Assembly (NCBI GenBank): GCA_003971905.1
Contig: RSEE01000020.1
Span: 62,001 to 126,000 of the forward strand
Source of the DNA: Moniliella sp. 'wahieum'
Lineage: Eukaryota
Reading direction: 5' to 3'
Length of the DNA: 64,000 nucleotides
Shown here: one piece after another, positions 42,456 to 58,559 of the stretch
How the letters are laid out: each line of letters starts with the position of its first letter
How positions within the stretch are numbered: position 1 is the stretch's first letter
Notes under the pieces: generated by a model
Told to the model about the DNA's origin: nothing
What the model saw: only the letters and a program-made list of their open reading frames with translations
The model's database searches: none
Made by a program: the position numbers and the translations under genes

Positions 42456-43553
42456 CACATGGCCTGGGTTGTCATGTCAAAACTTGCCACCAAACCCTTA
42501 TTTTACCCACTCAGTGGCGATATTGTTTAACCCTTTGAGACAGAAGATTGTCCGAAAAATGCCAGGTTACTCACTAGTTACACCGTCGCCAGCCGGTGAA
42601 TGTCCATTTGTCATCCTGTACTAGCTGTACTGCTATTAATCATCGATGCTACCATCCGCATCTCCCGGATCCAGATCTCAAATCTCTCGGATCGTACAGA
42701 TCGCCGAGATTTTGCCGGTCACGCTCTCTCATGTGATGCAGCGTTGTGTCACTTTGGGTGCGCCCCAACTCCGATGCTCCGTGGAGCCAGCCCCTACCAG
42801 GAATCTGACTGTGTGTCCCAAGTGGGGCAAGATGGGAGGTTGTTGGGGATGCTCGATGCTCAGCTTCAGCGATCATCGAAACCAACCAATACAGCTCTGA
42901 ATCTGGCTTCAGAGCTTCGAGAGCGCCTGAGCGCCTGAGAACCCCAGGCTTTTCAGGGCATCAGGCTTCCGACTTGGTGACGGTAACATGGACCGTCCAG
43001 CTGCTCCAGCCATCTCATGCATCATACATCATGTGCATCATCTCATGGGGCCGTCCACCGTCCCCCACAGCAAGTAGATCGACGGCAAAACAAGGGTTGG
43101 ACGTTGGCCGGCAGTGGCTTGACTTGGTCCTTTCCCTGTCTTTCCACGTCCTTCCCCATCCCATCGGCCAAGTCATGCTTGGGATTCACTGGCATCATGC
43201 ATCATATGGTTGCCTCCCGTGAGAGTGGTCGGTGCTCCGCCGCCATCGTGTTCCTACCTGCCATCCCACACAGGCGCTTCGGTTCCCGCTCGGGGGCGCT
43301 GTGGACCCAAAACAAGCCGGCTGGCCGCACACTGGTACAATGCTGTCCAGATGCAGCAGAGGCCTGTGCCGCTGCTGCCCATTCCCCTGCTCCCCAGCAG
43401 CGGCACTGCAGCGGCACAAAACGCCCATCATGCTATCAAGCTTCAAGCTTCAAGTGATTAGGAACCCTTGTGGGCACCGACAAAAAACGCCCCTCCCTCG
43501 AGCCCATCCAGCCCAACCCCTCCCCCCCCACCTCTCGACACCCCCTCCCCCTC

Positions 43554-45726
43554 ATGCAGCGCCCTGTTCATCGTCGCCGCCCGCGCTGCTTCGTGCTGCA
43601 GCGGCAGCCAGCAGTGCAGCCGCCCTTGTCGCCGCGTTGCCAGCGGCGGCCCTGGCTCTTCCCTTCGCCTACCGCAGCCTGGCTGCCGCCCCGTCGGGCA
43701 TCTCCACCACTGGCCAGGCATTCGATGGCCAAGCGTTCGGACGTCATCGTCGGTGGAGGAAATGCTGGCTGGTCCTCGCTTCCCGCCTAACCGAAATAGC
43801 TCCACTACCGTGGCCGTCATCGAGGCTGGCCCAGCGGCGAAGGCGACACTAGCCTCACTACCCTGCAGCCAATGTACGCCACTCCTCCTACGCACGAAGG
43901 CTCCACTAACTCGCTGCTTCACAGGTCTACGATTCGGCTGTGGGCACCGACATGGATTGGGCCTACAAGACCACCGCCCAGTCCAGCATGTTCAACCGCC
44001 AGCTTCCCTGGCCCCGGGGCAAGACCCTTGGCGGTTCGAGCGCAATCAATGGTCTGTATCTGGTGCGCCAACCCGAGGCGGAACAAGCCAGCTGGGAAAC
44101 TTGGTGCAGAGCCTGAGCCCTGACGCCAGGCCACCTGGGCATGGGCCAACGTGTTGGACGCGATGAAAAATCCGAGACCTACACTCCCATCCAGCACGAC
44201 GCGGACGCCACCATTACTGCCGGTGACTTTGGCCAGACCCATTCGCTCGTGCCGTACAACCAGACGAACCATGGCGAAAAGGGGCCGGTTCACTACTCGT
44301 ATCCGGACATGTGTATGCCGACGTGGGCGCATTTCTGCAATCAATCACCACCGTCTCGGGACTGCCACTAAACCAGGATGCGTACGGAGGCAAAACTCGG
44401 GTCCGTTTTTGTCTGCGAGCGCGATCAACCCTAGCAACTGGACGCGTTCCTTTTCGCGCACTGGCTATCTCGACCCGGTCGTCTACCGTCCCAACCTGCA
44501 TGTCCTCACGGCTACCAGGCGACCAAAATTGTGTTTGACACCACCGGCACCACCCCGACCGCAACAGGCATTGAGTGCCGCCTCAGCCAACTCCCCCACC
44601 TACACTGTTAACGCCACCAACGAGGTCATTCTGGCAGCAGGTGTGATTGGATCCCACAGCTGCTGCAGCTTTCGGGGGTGGGCGACAAGTCGGTGCTGGA
44701 TGCAGCCAACGTCACGCAGGTAGCCAACGTGCCCGGGGTCGGCTTCAACCTTCAAGATCACGTTTCGACCGCTGTCACGTTTTCACCCCAGGCCAATGTG
44801 ACCATGCCGCCTTCCAAGGTGACGGGCAATGCAACCGTCGACAGTTATGTCAACTCGGCTACGGCCTATGTGCCATTGAGCAAGATTGTGGGTGCCAACG
44901 CGACGCAATCTTTTATTTCGACGTACAAGTCCAACATTGCCTCCTATGTGCAGGCCTACGACGCGCCCGACACGGTCAAAGCCGGATTTAATGCGACCAG
45001 CTACGAACTGGCCAACACCTTGTACCCGCAGGACGTGCCCACGGTCGAGATCTTGCTCGGCAACACCTATGGCAGCATCCTAGTCGAGTGTGGCTTGCAG
45101 CACCCCGTATCTCGCGGCAGTGTCAAGATCGTCTCTTCCTCGGCGTTTGATCCGCCTTCGATTGACCCAGGCTACCTGCTGTACGAGGAGGACAAGCAGA
45201 TCATGCGGGACGGATGCCGGTTCGCCCGCCAGGTCGGCACCTCTTACCCACTCAATGCCTACACCCAAACGAGCTTGCGCCGGGTACCGCCGTCAATCGG
45301 ATGAGGACTGGGACACGTTTGTGGCCAACTCGTCTGGAACCGAGTACCACCCCAGCTCGTCCAACAGCATGCTCCCCTCGCGCTGGGTGGCGTGGTGGAC
45401 CACGAATTTAAAGTGTACAATACCCGCAACCTGCGCGTCATCGATTCCAGCGTGCCGCCGTTGTCCATGTCGCAGCACTTGATGACCATCACCTACGGCT
45501 TGGCAGAGATTGGAGCAGAGATGCTGCAGGCCTCATGCAGGGCCAAAACTACACCCCGTCGGCTACACCCCTCCCACTCCGGCTGCCTCCTCGGTGGCGT
45601 CGGCTTCGGGCTCGGCGACCGCGTCGGCGACGGCTAAGCCCGCTGGTGCTAGTTCCCCTGCAGGTCGGACGGTGTAGCGACGGGCGCATTGTTACTGGTG
45701 CTGGTGACGATGGGGCGCTTCTGTAA
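43554..45726 (+). CDS. Secreted GMC oxidoreductase (glucose oxidase/dehydrogenase-like), possibly GPI-anchored
   Basis: [90 protein letters not shown]; Ser/Ala/Thr-rich then hydrophobic C-terminus; intron 43873-43924. Confidence 0.92.
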
Positions 45727-45938
45727 CGCGGAGGCCGGGCGCGACTGTTTTGTCCCTCTTTTGTCTGCTCCGATACCCCAGACTCATGGTCTCACCGTTT
45801 TGCCCTATTCATCCGTCGTTGCTCTGCTGCCTTTGTTTGGTGTTGATCAGTGTCGGCTCCTTTTCGTATCTATGAAACGAGGTTCATGATCAAATGTGCA
45901 ATTAGTATGTAACTTTTGGACCGATTAGGGCAGAGTGG

Positions 45939-48102
<2,164 letters not shown>

Positions 48103-48853
48103 GGCAGGTGGTGGCGGCGGCGGAGGAGGAGGAGGAAACGCAGATGGAGAAGATGGCCAGTCGCGAAGAGTCCAGCGGCGAGTGGGAGGGATGCGGATGA
48201 TGGGTGAGATGATGCAGGTGATGTCTGATGCCTTCGTCCTCCCACGCGGGGAAAGTCGGAGAACGGAGAAGACACTGCCCTCCTGCTGCCTCGTACGGCG
48301 GGTCCGGATTAAATGGCGGGGGGGCCTGGCCTAGGACTGGGCAATTAAAATAGCGACGCACCAACACCCGCCGGCTCCCGGTTGCTCGCTCGCCCGGCGG
48401 AACGGAGGCCTCCTCGACAGCGTGCGCAGTGCTCCCCCGCCACTTGCCACCCACTTGCACCCACGGGTCCCACGGACGAGGGTGGCTGAGGCGGCAGGGA
48501 AACTGGAAGGGACATTGCGTTGATGCTTCGTTCCAGCACTCGTCTCATGTCAGGCCACCGTATTTGTCCTGGCGGGCTCAGCCTCAGCATCAGCAAAGCA
48601 CAACCGGGGCCGGCTGAGGCGCTGAGAGGCTTGGTGTCATTATTATTTCAGTGTTGATGCATGACTGCTATGCCTGTCACTGTAAAATGGGCATCACGTG
48701 ACGGGTGCAACCAGCGCAGCGGCAAAGGCGCCGGATGCCGTAATCCGCTCAAGGGCCGGCACGGGGCGGCTGGGCGGCTGGCGGCGCGCGTCTGCGGCCA
48801 GTTGGGATCGCCAGATCGTCGGCCCGCCCCCGCCTCCGCCTGCTCCACCAGCC

Positions 48854-49341
48854 ATGGCGCTTCGCAACCGGCAGCAACCGGCCTCCTCCGCCCCGCCCGC
48901 AGCCACTGGCTGGGCCAAGGACGACCCCGTCCACAAGGGCCGCATCGTCACCATGGCCCAGAGTGTGCCGCTCCTGCCCAGCACGCCCGCCGACCTGGCC
49001 TCCTACGGCCCTCCCGTCACCCCGCACTGGGTCGCCCACCACCCCATGGCCTACATCAGCGCCGTCCCCAACGATCTGTGCTGGCGCCTCGGCATGGCCT
49101 GGGATGGCGAGTCTGTCTTCTCCATGCTCGAGCCCTGGGAGGCCATGGCCTGTGGTACGTGTCCCCGCCCGCTTCCATGTGCTTTCCTAGCTTGCTGACT
49201 GCGACCCGCACTGTGGCCAGCCACGATGGTCCTGATCGTTGTTGTCCTGCTCGCCCACTCCTTCACCTATCTCCCGGGCACCCTCTCCTACCTCACCTCG
49301 TCCGCCGCGGAATCTACTATGCGACAGGCACAGAGAACTGA
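48854..49341 (+). CDS. Serine palmitoyltransferase small subunit-like protein (SPTssa/DUF3317 type)
   Basis: FSMLEPWE, then a TM segment, YLP...RGIYYATG; probable intron about 49155-49220. Confidence 0.7.
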
Positions 49342-50285
49342 CCACGCATCTCTCGCCTTTCTATCGCTCCACCCCTGCTATGTACTCCCGCCCGCCACCC
49401 ACCACACCAAGTCGCATCCGTTTCCTGTTCCATCCATCCTCTCCTCCCCTCCCATCATTCTGCCTCTTGGACCTGCGTATCGTAACGCATAGGAAGTGCG
49501 AAGGGGGAGTCTGGGCATCAGGGAATGTACCCTTTTGCACTCCGTTCCCGACGAGGGTCGGCTGTTGCCACCCGCAGGCCTCACCCCCCATAGCACAGCC
49601 AATAGCATGCTTCCGGACCACCTGGTGACCTTGTATTTAATCATACGTGTGTGGAACCGACCCAACGCCTAGCCCTCAGCCTGCCCGAGCCTGCAGGTAC
49701 TGAGGATACATCCTGGTCCCGCTAACGTCAGGGTCCTTGGCCACAAAAGGCAGGCAGCAGGGCACCACGCGGGCGGTTTCGCGGCGCCGGCGTAAGCCCA
49801 CATGCCCGGTTGCCCTTCCTGCTTCCTGGGCCCAAAAGGTTTCCATTTGTAATATTCGGTTCTTGTCAGAGGCGCTATTCTTCTACTACAATGCGACTCT
49901 GTCGGGCCCAATTCCCAAGCTGCCCCAAAGAGAGGATGCGATGGACGGATGAGAAGACATTCTGGTCAATCCAGCTCCAGAGACTTGATCTCTTGCCTCT
50001 CTCGCTCGGTACATTGCGGGAAGCAGTGATAATTTTACGACCGCCGAGGGCAGTGCTGCGATCGGTCCCTCAGGTTACCGGCCCGAGTCAGTTTCCTAAC
50101 CTGTCTACCAACGAGAAGTTGATGCTACGGGCCATGTATTGTTTACACATTGCTGTCTCTTTCTTTACCGTTTACCCAACTGTTGTCCATGACCCAAAAC
50201 AGTCATTTTATTCTTTTGGTTCTTGTTACGAAAGCGGCAACACAACGACCCCGAGTCATGGATATAGCACAGCAGATTACCCCAG

Positions 50286-51864
50286 TTACAACCGAGACTA
50301 AAAGAAGGTGGACTGGCTGCGATCGTGACGCTTGTAGCCCCCCAGGCGCGGAGGATGGTTGCTCACCTTTTCAGCAAGCGGTCCCATGTTGACTTTAGCC
50401 AGCACCCGCTCGATCCCCATCCAAGCCACGGTCCAGTTCCTCGAGGGGCGGGCCAAAGCTCAGACGTACATACGGCTCCCAAGGAGAGTCGATGATGTTG
50501 CGGCGATGGGACGGGTTGAGGTCAAAGAAGATGCCCGGGGTGGTGATGACCTTCTCCTTGAGCAGTTCTTCAAAGAAGGTCATTCCGGAGCACAGCGGTG
50601 CCGGCAGCTTGCGCACACACAGCCAAATGTAAAACGTTGCCACCGGCGGCACCTCGACCGGCAGGCCCATCTTCGCCAGTCGGCCAGCACATGGTTGCGC
50701 TTGGCCCGGAAATGAACCTGCAGTGCCATCCGATCTTGGGTGCAGTGCTCGGGGCTGAGCATAGGCACCGCGGCCAATTGCAGCGGGTGGTTGGCGCCTC
50801 CATCCAGGAACGAGCCCGACTCGGCCAAGGCATTGACCAAATCCTGCGGTCCTACTACCCAGCACACGCGCCAGCCGGGGCAGCGGAAGTTCTTGGTCAA
50901 TCCATCAATCAGGATCACCGGGTCTTTGTTGACATCGTCAATGTACTCGGCCGCGCTTACGGCGCGTCCTAGCTCGCCTTCGAGCATGTACCACGAGTAA
51001 AACTCATCCAGTACCAGCGACACGTGCATATCCCTGCCAATCTTGACCAGTTCCTTGAGCTCCTGCCCTTCGACCAACTGCCCCGTCGGGTTGCGTGGGT
51101 TGGACATGACCACCGTAGAGAGACCGCGGTGGCGGATCTCCTTGCGCAGCCCATCATCCGCTTGTAGTTGTTCTCCTCGCTCAGCTGGGTGGGGATGGGC
51201 ACCAGGCTCTTAAACACGCCCAACATGTTCTCGTACGCCGTGTACTCGGGGAGCTGGTAGCCTGTGTTGACCGACCCAATGATCGATGCTACGCGCGACA
51301 ATCCCGCTCGCCCCCAGGCACCACACACACATTCGCAGCTGTACTTGGACGCCTTGTCCTGGCGGAAAGTGGCATTGTAGTAGTTGGCAATCGCCTCGCG
51401 CAGCTTGATCACCCCTGTCGTCGGTGCATACTCATTCACATTGTCCCCAAACGGCGAGAGATCAATGGAAGCGGGTTTGGGGTTGGCCCCAGGGATCTGA
51501 CCCGTCTCGGGGGCGCCCTGGCCAAAGTTGGACCAGTCATGCGCGCCATACTGGAACCCATTGGCCGAGGCACGGTCCATGACGTAGATCACTCCCGCTG
51601 TGCCACCGTACCACCCCCACAGCCAAGTCAGTCAGTGTCCTGGGTCCTGGAGCCAATCCGCACGCGCACAACCAACAAGAGGGAGGGACGTACTGCTGCC
51701 GGGGTGCGTCATGCCAGGCAACAAGTCGGACACGAGCTGGCGCGCATGGCCCGGGTGGGAACGGAAGATCTCGTGCGCCTCACCCTCCTCGGGCGGGGCG
51801 GGCTGGAGATGGGCTCGGGCGAGCCGACGCGGACAGGGCTAGGGACTTGGTTTGCAAGCGCCAT
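50286..51864 (-). CDS. PLP-dependent aminotransferase class I/II
   Basis: WSNFGQGAPETG, EYAPTTG..KLREAIA, SNPRNPTG, LDEFYS, DGLTKNFRCPGWR (PLP lysine), YVRLSFGP. Confidence 0.93.
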
Positions 51865-52854
51865 GGCAAGGGGAAGGACAGAGGAGGGAACGGTGGTGGG
51901 GCTGAAGCAGGAATGGAGGAATGGAGGAAAGGGGGAATGCAATCTGCACGGCACAGCCCGCGCGGGATGGGCGTGCTGTACTGAGCTCGGGCTGCGGGCC
52001 AGGGGCCAAGTGTTGGGGGCGGGGCTGAATATTGAATGGGGGCCAGCAGCGGCAGCCAGCGGCCGTCCGTGCGCGGCGCACTAGGCCACTGCCTATTGGG
52101 GCGGCGCCGCCGGGCCACGGGGGGGCACACTGGCCCTGTGCGCCACCCCCGAGCTGCTCGCTCTTCCCATGACTGACGAACAGCAAGGCCTAAGGTAAAC
52201 GGTAAACGCCGCAGCAGGCACACGTGTCCTGCTCGCCCCGCCCGGCATCTCTCGGCAGCCAGCGCCCACCGGCCCCACCACAGCCCACCCCGGCCACGCT
52301 GGCCACCCTCCACGGGCGTCACGTCACGTTGCTAGTGTGCCATGCAACAGCGACACCATCAGCTACCAGGCTACCGTCCGGCGTAGTAGGGTGTGCTTCC
52401 ATTCCCCTGCGTGTCACGACATGCGACACCCCTCGCCCACATGTCCCGCCCTCTGCGAACGGACCGGAGTACCAGTCGGCGTTTTCCCACTTGACTTGGT
52501 TCCTCGACAAAAAGTGTAGACCTGGCCTCAAGCTTGAAGAGACATCCAAGCTTCCACCACCTAGTTCCAGCCCCTCCCTCCACCACACACCCCAAGTCAG
52601 CCTCTACTAGTGTTGTCGCTTGGGCCTGAGTCTCAGCAGCCAGAGTCCCCACGCCCAGATGCGGCCGCACCCGATGGATGATGGTTGGTTGCCCCCCTGC
52701 TGACTGAATGAGGCCAGCTAAAAAAAGAGTCAAGCGGCCAGGCAATGCATTCCCCCGACTGTTATGGGCAAGGGGCGATATCTGCTGGCTGCGCATAGCA
52801 CGCTTGCGTACGTACCTATGGAAGACCACTCGTGCGCCTAAGGGGGGCATGCAT

Positions 52855-53382
52855 TCAGTCCGAAGTGGCGCGGGTGTAGACCAGCTGAGCGTGGTGGTGG
52901 ACCACGCGCTTGATCTGTCCCTCCTGTTCCAGGTGCTTAATTGCGCGCCGGGCGAGCGAGCCATTGATCTTCAACCGGTCAATCAGCGTCGATTGCGAGA
53001 TGAACTTGAACGTCGGCACCTCCTTGATGATGCGGTCGTACGTGGCCTTGTCCAGCACCACATTGTTTTGTGCCTTGTCCTTCACCTTGCCCTTGCTCCA
53101 CTTCTTCTTCTTGGCGCTCTTGGTGGCCGAAGCCAGGATGGCCGACTTCTTGGGGGGCACTGCCAAACAAGCGTTAGTTTCTCTTCTGTCCCACATGACC
53201 GCCCGCTCATCGTAGCCGAAACTAAGGACCCATTCGGACACCACCCCTGCTGTGCCCGGCGGCTTGGCCGCCGCGCGCGCGCACGCAGGCTCAATGCTTG
53301 CGACCCCCCGAAAGCAGCGCTCCCGCAGGGGAGAAGTTCCGCAGCAGAACGGGTGCCACAGTTGGAGTACTTCGTACTTACT
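52855..53382 (-). CDS. RPS25: 40S ribosomal protein eS25; start codon split by a 222-nt intron (53381-53160)
   Basis: PPKK...AKKKKWSKGKVKDKAQ...LKINGSLARRAIKHL...QLVYTRAT. CACAA|GTAAGT...CTAAC...CAG|TGCCC reconstitutes ATG. Confidence 0.95.
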   Translation of the reverse strand, partial: SKYEVLQLWHPFCCGTSPLRERCFRGVASIEPACARAAAKPPGTAGVVSEWVLSFGYDERAVMWDRRETNACLAVPPKKSAILASATKSAKKKKWSKGKVKDKAQNNVVLDKATYDRIIKEVPTFKFISQSTLIDRLKINGSLARRAIKHLEQEGQIKRVVHHHAQLVYTRATSD

Positions 53383-53809
53383 TGTGACCAGCTCCGAGAG
53401 GTTGGCTTGGTAGAGAAGAGCACAATAGCGGTAGCCGCCATGAGGCGGTGACGCTGCCAGCAGCCAGCCATCCGGGTCAGTGGCGTTGTGCCGCCGCAAA
53501 GGAGGGGAGCAGGGGCAGTGTTCTATTTATTACGCCCTGCTAACCCTAGCTTACCAACCGTCGTAGCCGGTCGTAGCCTGACAGGGATGCGGGGCACGTG
53601 ACTGTAGGTGGCAATTTCCAACGACGGCTAGTAGTTAAGTGTTTTTTTGCATTTAAGTGGTTTTTTGCATTACATGGTCCCAAAAAGGTAGTCAGACATC
53701 CAAGCGTAGGTTTCACCGTTTTCCCGCATTCGCCCAACGACCGACGGCAGGAACGAGGCCAGCCGTCATGGGCATCATCTGACAGCAAAAGCATAGAACA
53801 CAGGTACGA

Positions 53810-55034
53810 TTAGGGGATGAGGAGAAACAACATCAAAAAGGCCCAAAGGGCGGAGGTCAAGGGGAGGGGGGACACGGTCCGTCTTGCAGATGAAAAGGAG
53901 GAGGAGGAGGAGGAGGAGGAGGAGGAGGACAAAACACTGGCCGTACCCGTCGTGGGCAGTGTGGTACTGGCAGCAGGCACGGGTGCCAGAACGGTAGGAA
54001 CGGTTGCTACGGATGCAGGCCCGGCCGTCGAGGTGGGCATTTGGGGGGCACGGCCGGTGCCGTCGACGTTGTGTTCGTATTCGCACCAAAGGGGATGCCA
54101 TTCATCTGTGCTGCGGCCTGGAACGGTCCTTGCGCGGCTGTGCCATTTCCCGCTCCAATAAAGTCGAGGAGGATAAAGGTGGGGTAGGCTCCGGCTGTAA
54201 CGGGGGAGGTGCACCCTGCCACATTCTGGAGGATGGAGGTGAGGGAATTGGTTGTGCTGGCGGCCTGTTGGTTGGGGATAAGGAGGCCGAGAACCTCCTG
54301 GTCGAGAAAGTGGTTAACGAGGTACATTTGGTTCAAAGGGGTAGCCCCCTGGCCCTGGCGATCGAGGGAGCAGTTGAACGGAAGCGTGGTTTGGTCATAT
54401 GGCGTTTCCCAGATGGAGTTGAACTCGGGAAGGAGGTAGCCTTCACCCTGGCCCGACGAGAGGAAGGTAACGAGAGTGGTACCTTGACCAATGAGGGTGC
54501 CAAGGGTGGGCCAGTCGTCCTTGTTGGTTGGCCCTGGTGGGGTGTAAGTGCGTGCAGCCAAGCCGGTAGTCTGGAACGCAGTCGCGAATCGAGCTGGGGG
54601 GATATTTTCAGTGTTGACGAGGAGGAGGGTGAGCACATCGCTTGGATGCTGGTCGGACCACAGCTTGATCTCACCCAGCCAAGCCTCCAGTGTTCCCCCA
54701 TCCAACAGGGTGCAGGAGCTATGGCAGAGCTCGATGCCACTGCCCGTTGGAGAGGCAGCGGGGGAGGGATGTGCTTGGGCCTGCAGCAACCTCACGCCCG
54801 CATCCAGTTGTTGGGTCACGTTCCACAGCTGGTTGGCAGCCACTACGTTGGGGCATGTGCAGTCAGCTCACCTACTCGCGGGCTCTCACAGAGGAAATAG
54901 GGGGGGAGACGTGGCGTACCGTTGTTGCTGGCGATCGCATACGAATCGTGGGAGCCAATGTAGGTGACGTTGGAGTATTTACGCCCGCAGAGAAGGGGAG
55001 AGCCGTTGCAGCTCGTCGCGGGGGCAGCAGGGGA

Positions 55035-55065
<31 letters not shown>

Positions 55066-55129
55066 GAGGCGCTCACGCCCCCAGTACCAAGAAGAGCGAA
55101 CCGAGGCTGGGGAACAAATTTGTGCGCAT
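53810..55129 (-). CDS. Secreted PLC-like phosphodiesterase (PI-PLC X-domain-like)
   Basis: Signal peptide, CNGSPLLCGRKYSNVTYIGSHDSYA, AANQ..VTQQLDAGVRLLQAQAH, LCHSSCTLLDGG, WPTLG, MYLVNHFLD, PTFILLDF; Ser-rich tail. Confidence 0.9.
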
Positions 55130-55651
55130 GGGGACGATGGCGAGGGGGCGAGGGGGGTGGATGGACGGGACGGGACGGGATGGGGCTGCGGCGGCTGGCG
55201 GCTGTGTGTGGGGCTGGCTGTGGTTCATCGATTATCGTACGTATACGATTTACCGAGGGCGCTGCGAATCACGATCGACAAATACCCGAGTTCTGCCGCC
55301 GCCCCGCGGGCAGCATAGCCCAAGGCAGCATCCGCCCCACCGGCCTGTCCACCGGCCACCCCACACCCGCCGCTGATCCAAGCGACCGCTGGTCATCGAT
55401 CAACTCTTGACCCTTATTATTATTGGCGCTATGCCGTGGGCGGGATTGGACGATGGTCCCTAGTCCCTAGGGCCTAGTTGTACTGAACGAGCGCTCAGGC
55501 TGAGCGCTGACTAGCAGCACAGAGCAAGGTCGCTATCGATGACTGAGACAGCTTTTACCGTCTTTAGTATGGCACCCAGCGCACCGCACGACAGCAGAGA
55601 TGCATTAAACGCAACCAGTATACAGAGCAAGTATGCTTCTTCTCCAATATA

Positions 55652-57356
55652 TCAGCACCCAGCAAGGCCTGTGCACCCGGCCTCAGGGTTGGGCAAGCGA
55701 CGGAGAACGTAGCGGTGGTGGAACACGGGCGGGCCGGACGTTGACCCACCGGGAACGGGGATGTCCAAGCGCTCTTCCAGCGTCCAGAAATCACTAGGAT
55801 GGTGCATCCCTCCTCCGAGCCCCCCTCCCGACTGTGCCGGCGAGCTGGAGTCCGGCGGGGCCCGAGGATGCCGCCGCGAAAAGGGAGTATTGTACGAGTT
55901 GACCTGCAGGGGCCGCTCCAAAAACCCACATCGTTCCGAAGAGTAGCTCATAATCAGCCATACACCACCCGGCCGAACCAGCGCAGCAAGGTGGATAGCA
56001 AGAACCACCAGTGGGTCTAGTCGATGCACCACTTTGTTGCTGGTGGTAGACGGGGAATGGAAAGTCGGGTTGGAGTTGTAATTGGAATTGGAGTTGGAAT
56101 TGGAATTGGAGTTGGCGTTGGAGTTGGCGTTGGAGTTGGAGTTGGCGTTGGAGTTGGCGTTGGAGTTGGAAAGGACCACGTTGGATTGGCCTGACTCACC
56201 AGAGCCTGAACCCGCCTGATGCAGCAGGTTGGGATCCGCCAAAGCCCGAGCCCGGGTGCGAGCCGGTGAGCGCCGACGCCTCATCAGACGAAAGTCCCGA
56301 AGAGCCAGACTGGGCATCTCGGTCTTGGGGCTCACTCGCACTCATGTTGCGCGGGGAAGGCGTGTCGCCTGTGAACGATAGTTTCTTTCTCTTCCGAGGG
56401 GAGAGAGAAAGAGCGAAGGGACGAGTTGGGGTCGCTGGAGCTAAGCGTAGCCAGGTAATCGATGTACTGCTGAAACGAACCCGAGTCGGGCATATGCAGT
56501 GCGTACCAACCCATAGGGAACAGGGGGCAACACGCTTCGGCAACCGCACTGGTGTTCGAATCGCTGCTGGTTTGGCCCTGGCTCTTTGGATGGTGGGATT
56601 TCTTTGGGGGAACTCTCCTTCACAGGTAAAGGCGAAGAGGCACCCCTACCCAAGATACTAAGCATCTCCTCCATCTCGTCTGCCTCGCCAAACACCACAT
56701 TGGGCCCCGTCGCAATCGCATCCGAGGTCGACTTGTCAAGGATAATGTCGAATAGGATCGGGGGTTCGGTACGAGATTTGTCCTGCCCACTCCCCTCTTT
56801 GGAGCTTGAGCTGCCATCCTGCTCCAGCTCCGTTTGGAACTGGCCCATGAGGGCATGCCAGTCCAACAAATCACCCACAATGTACCGCATGGCATCTCCA
56901 TCCGTTGGCGGCTCAAGCTGCTTGGCCGCCTTGATGGCCGAGCTGACATAGTCCAAATTCTTCGGGTTGGTTAATCTTCCCACGCCACGGTCAGCCAAAC
57001 CAGAGATGCACATACCCAATAGTCGTGTCTTGGCAGCTTGGCACCCACCCATGCTGCGCCCGTGAGAACGTGAAGCGCACTTGAACCGCAGCCAATGTTC
57101 AGACAACGTATTGGCTCGTACGGCGACACGGTCTGGTCAGAGCTAGAGCGGCGGAGCCGGATCGTAGGTGCGCCCGCTGCATGCGGCTCTGCCTCCGAAG
57201 GAGATGGAGACGCATGCGTGGCATAGTCAACAAAAGGCGGCAAGAGCGTGTCGGCGCCCGTGCCAAGCCACTCAAATTGTGCCCCGGCGGCAAGGTCGGA
57301 CGCAAAACGCGATTCCCAGTAATCGGGCGTGTCGTATGCGGGGGGAGCGCCGCCAT
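55652..57356 (-). CDS. Class I SAM-dependent methyltransferase (EEF1AKMT4/ECE2-like fungal family)
   Basis: YDTPDYWESRF, FEW, CLNIGCGSSAL (motif I), NLDYVSSAI, FDIILDKSTSDAIATG, LAALVRPGGVWLIMSYSSER. Confidence 0.8.
56068..56169. repeat. Hexamer repeat (GGAGTT/GGCGTT/GGAATT) encoding an Asn-Ser/Asn-Ala tract in the methyltransferase
   Basis: Direct inspection; translates as NSNANSNANSNS... Confidence 0.9.
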
Positions 57357-58559
57357 AGTGGCTGCTGGAGGTAGGTAGTTATGGGGGTGGCCGCGTTCAA
57401 GGCAGGTAGCGACCAGGAATGCTGGCCCGTAGTGGTGGTGGTGATGATGGTGGCAGTGTGCAGACAGATGGATAAGGTGGGGTCTGAATCAACTGCGATC
57501 TCGGGGGGGCGCTGCGACGCTGGGGAAGGCAGGGGGCGGAGCGTGGCTGGAGGAGCGCGGCAGAGCTGAGCGATGCTGAGAACTGAGATCCGAGAGTTCT
57601 CTGATCCGAATGATATGAGATGGTCGAGGGGGTGGCAAGATGAGGCCAGCGGATGACGCAGATGACAGGTGACGCGACGGCCCCGTGGCGGGTGGCTTGC
57701 TGCCAGAGACGGCACCGGACGGCGGGAGCGAAACACACGTGGTGGCTGGGCGCCCTGGAGCACGCAGGCTGAGTGAGCGCTGAACGCCAATATACAAAGC
57801 ATCCTAACGTTGGTTCTTTACCGGTTACCCCCGCTGGAAAAAGAAAAGAAAAAAAGCAGGGCCCACGCCCGTGATTATGTAATTTCCAGGGATCTTGAAA
57901 CCAAATGTCCGTCGTACGTTGAACATTCAAGTTCAACCTACTCGTACTCAACGTACTCACTACTTCGTACGGAGTACTCACCACTCAACCTAGCCAACAT
58001 TGCTTGTCGCTTAGATTGGTACGGGGCGTTCTAGCTCCTAGTAGATATAACTAGTAACTGGCTACTGCCGTTACCGATTGGGTCTTAGATCGTCGGCCCC
58101 AAAGCTTACTGCCTCAGTACGCGGACTGCTGAGTAGACCTAAGCTTCAGTGCTTCACGCCCTCAGGCTCAAGCCAATCGGGACTTCCTTCGCAGGATGCT
58201 CGAGGCACTCGGCAGCAGGCCAGAGAGGCTCGTGTGTCGCCGGAGGGAAAAGGAAGGATGCTTGAAAAGCTTGAATCAATAATCAGGCCTCAGGCCTCAG
58301 GCCTCAGGACACTTCGACTTGAAGCTAGCGTGACACTCGCCGTTAGTCAACGTGTAGTGGCGCGCTGCTGGCGCTACCATGCTGACAGGGCCCGGTCCTA
58401 CTAACCCAGTACGTACAAGTTACGCAGTTCTCAGTTTGAGCCTGTTTTGAGCCCAACCGCTGGGCCAAAGATTTGGGCCCAAGAAGGGTTCGCTGATTAG
58501 GAGTAGGTCTATCCATTAGCAGGACGACATGCACAATGACATATGACAAGTCAACGTTG

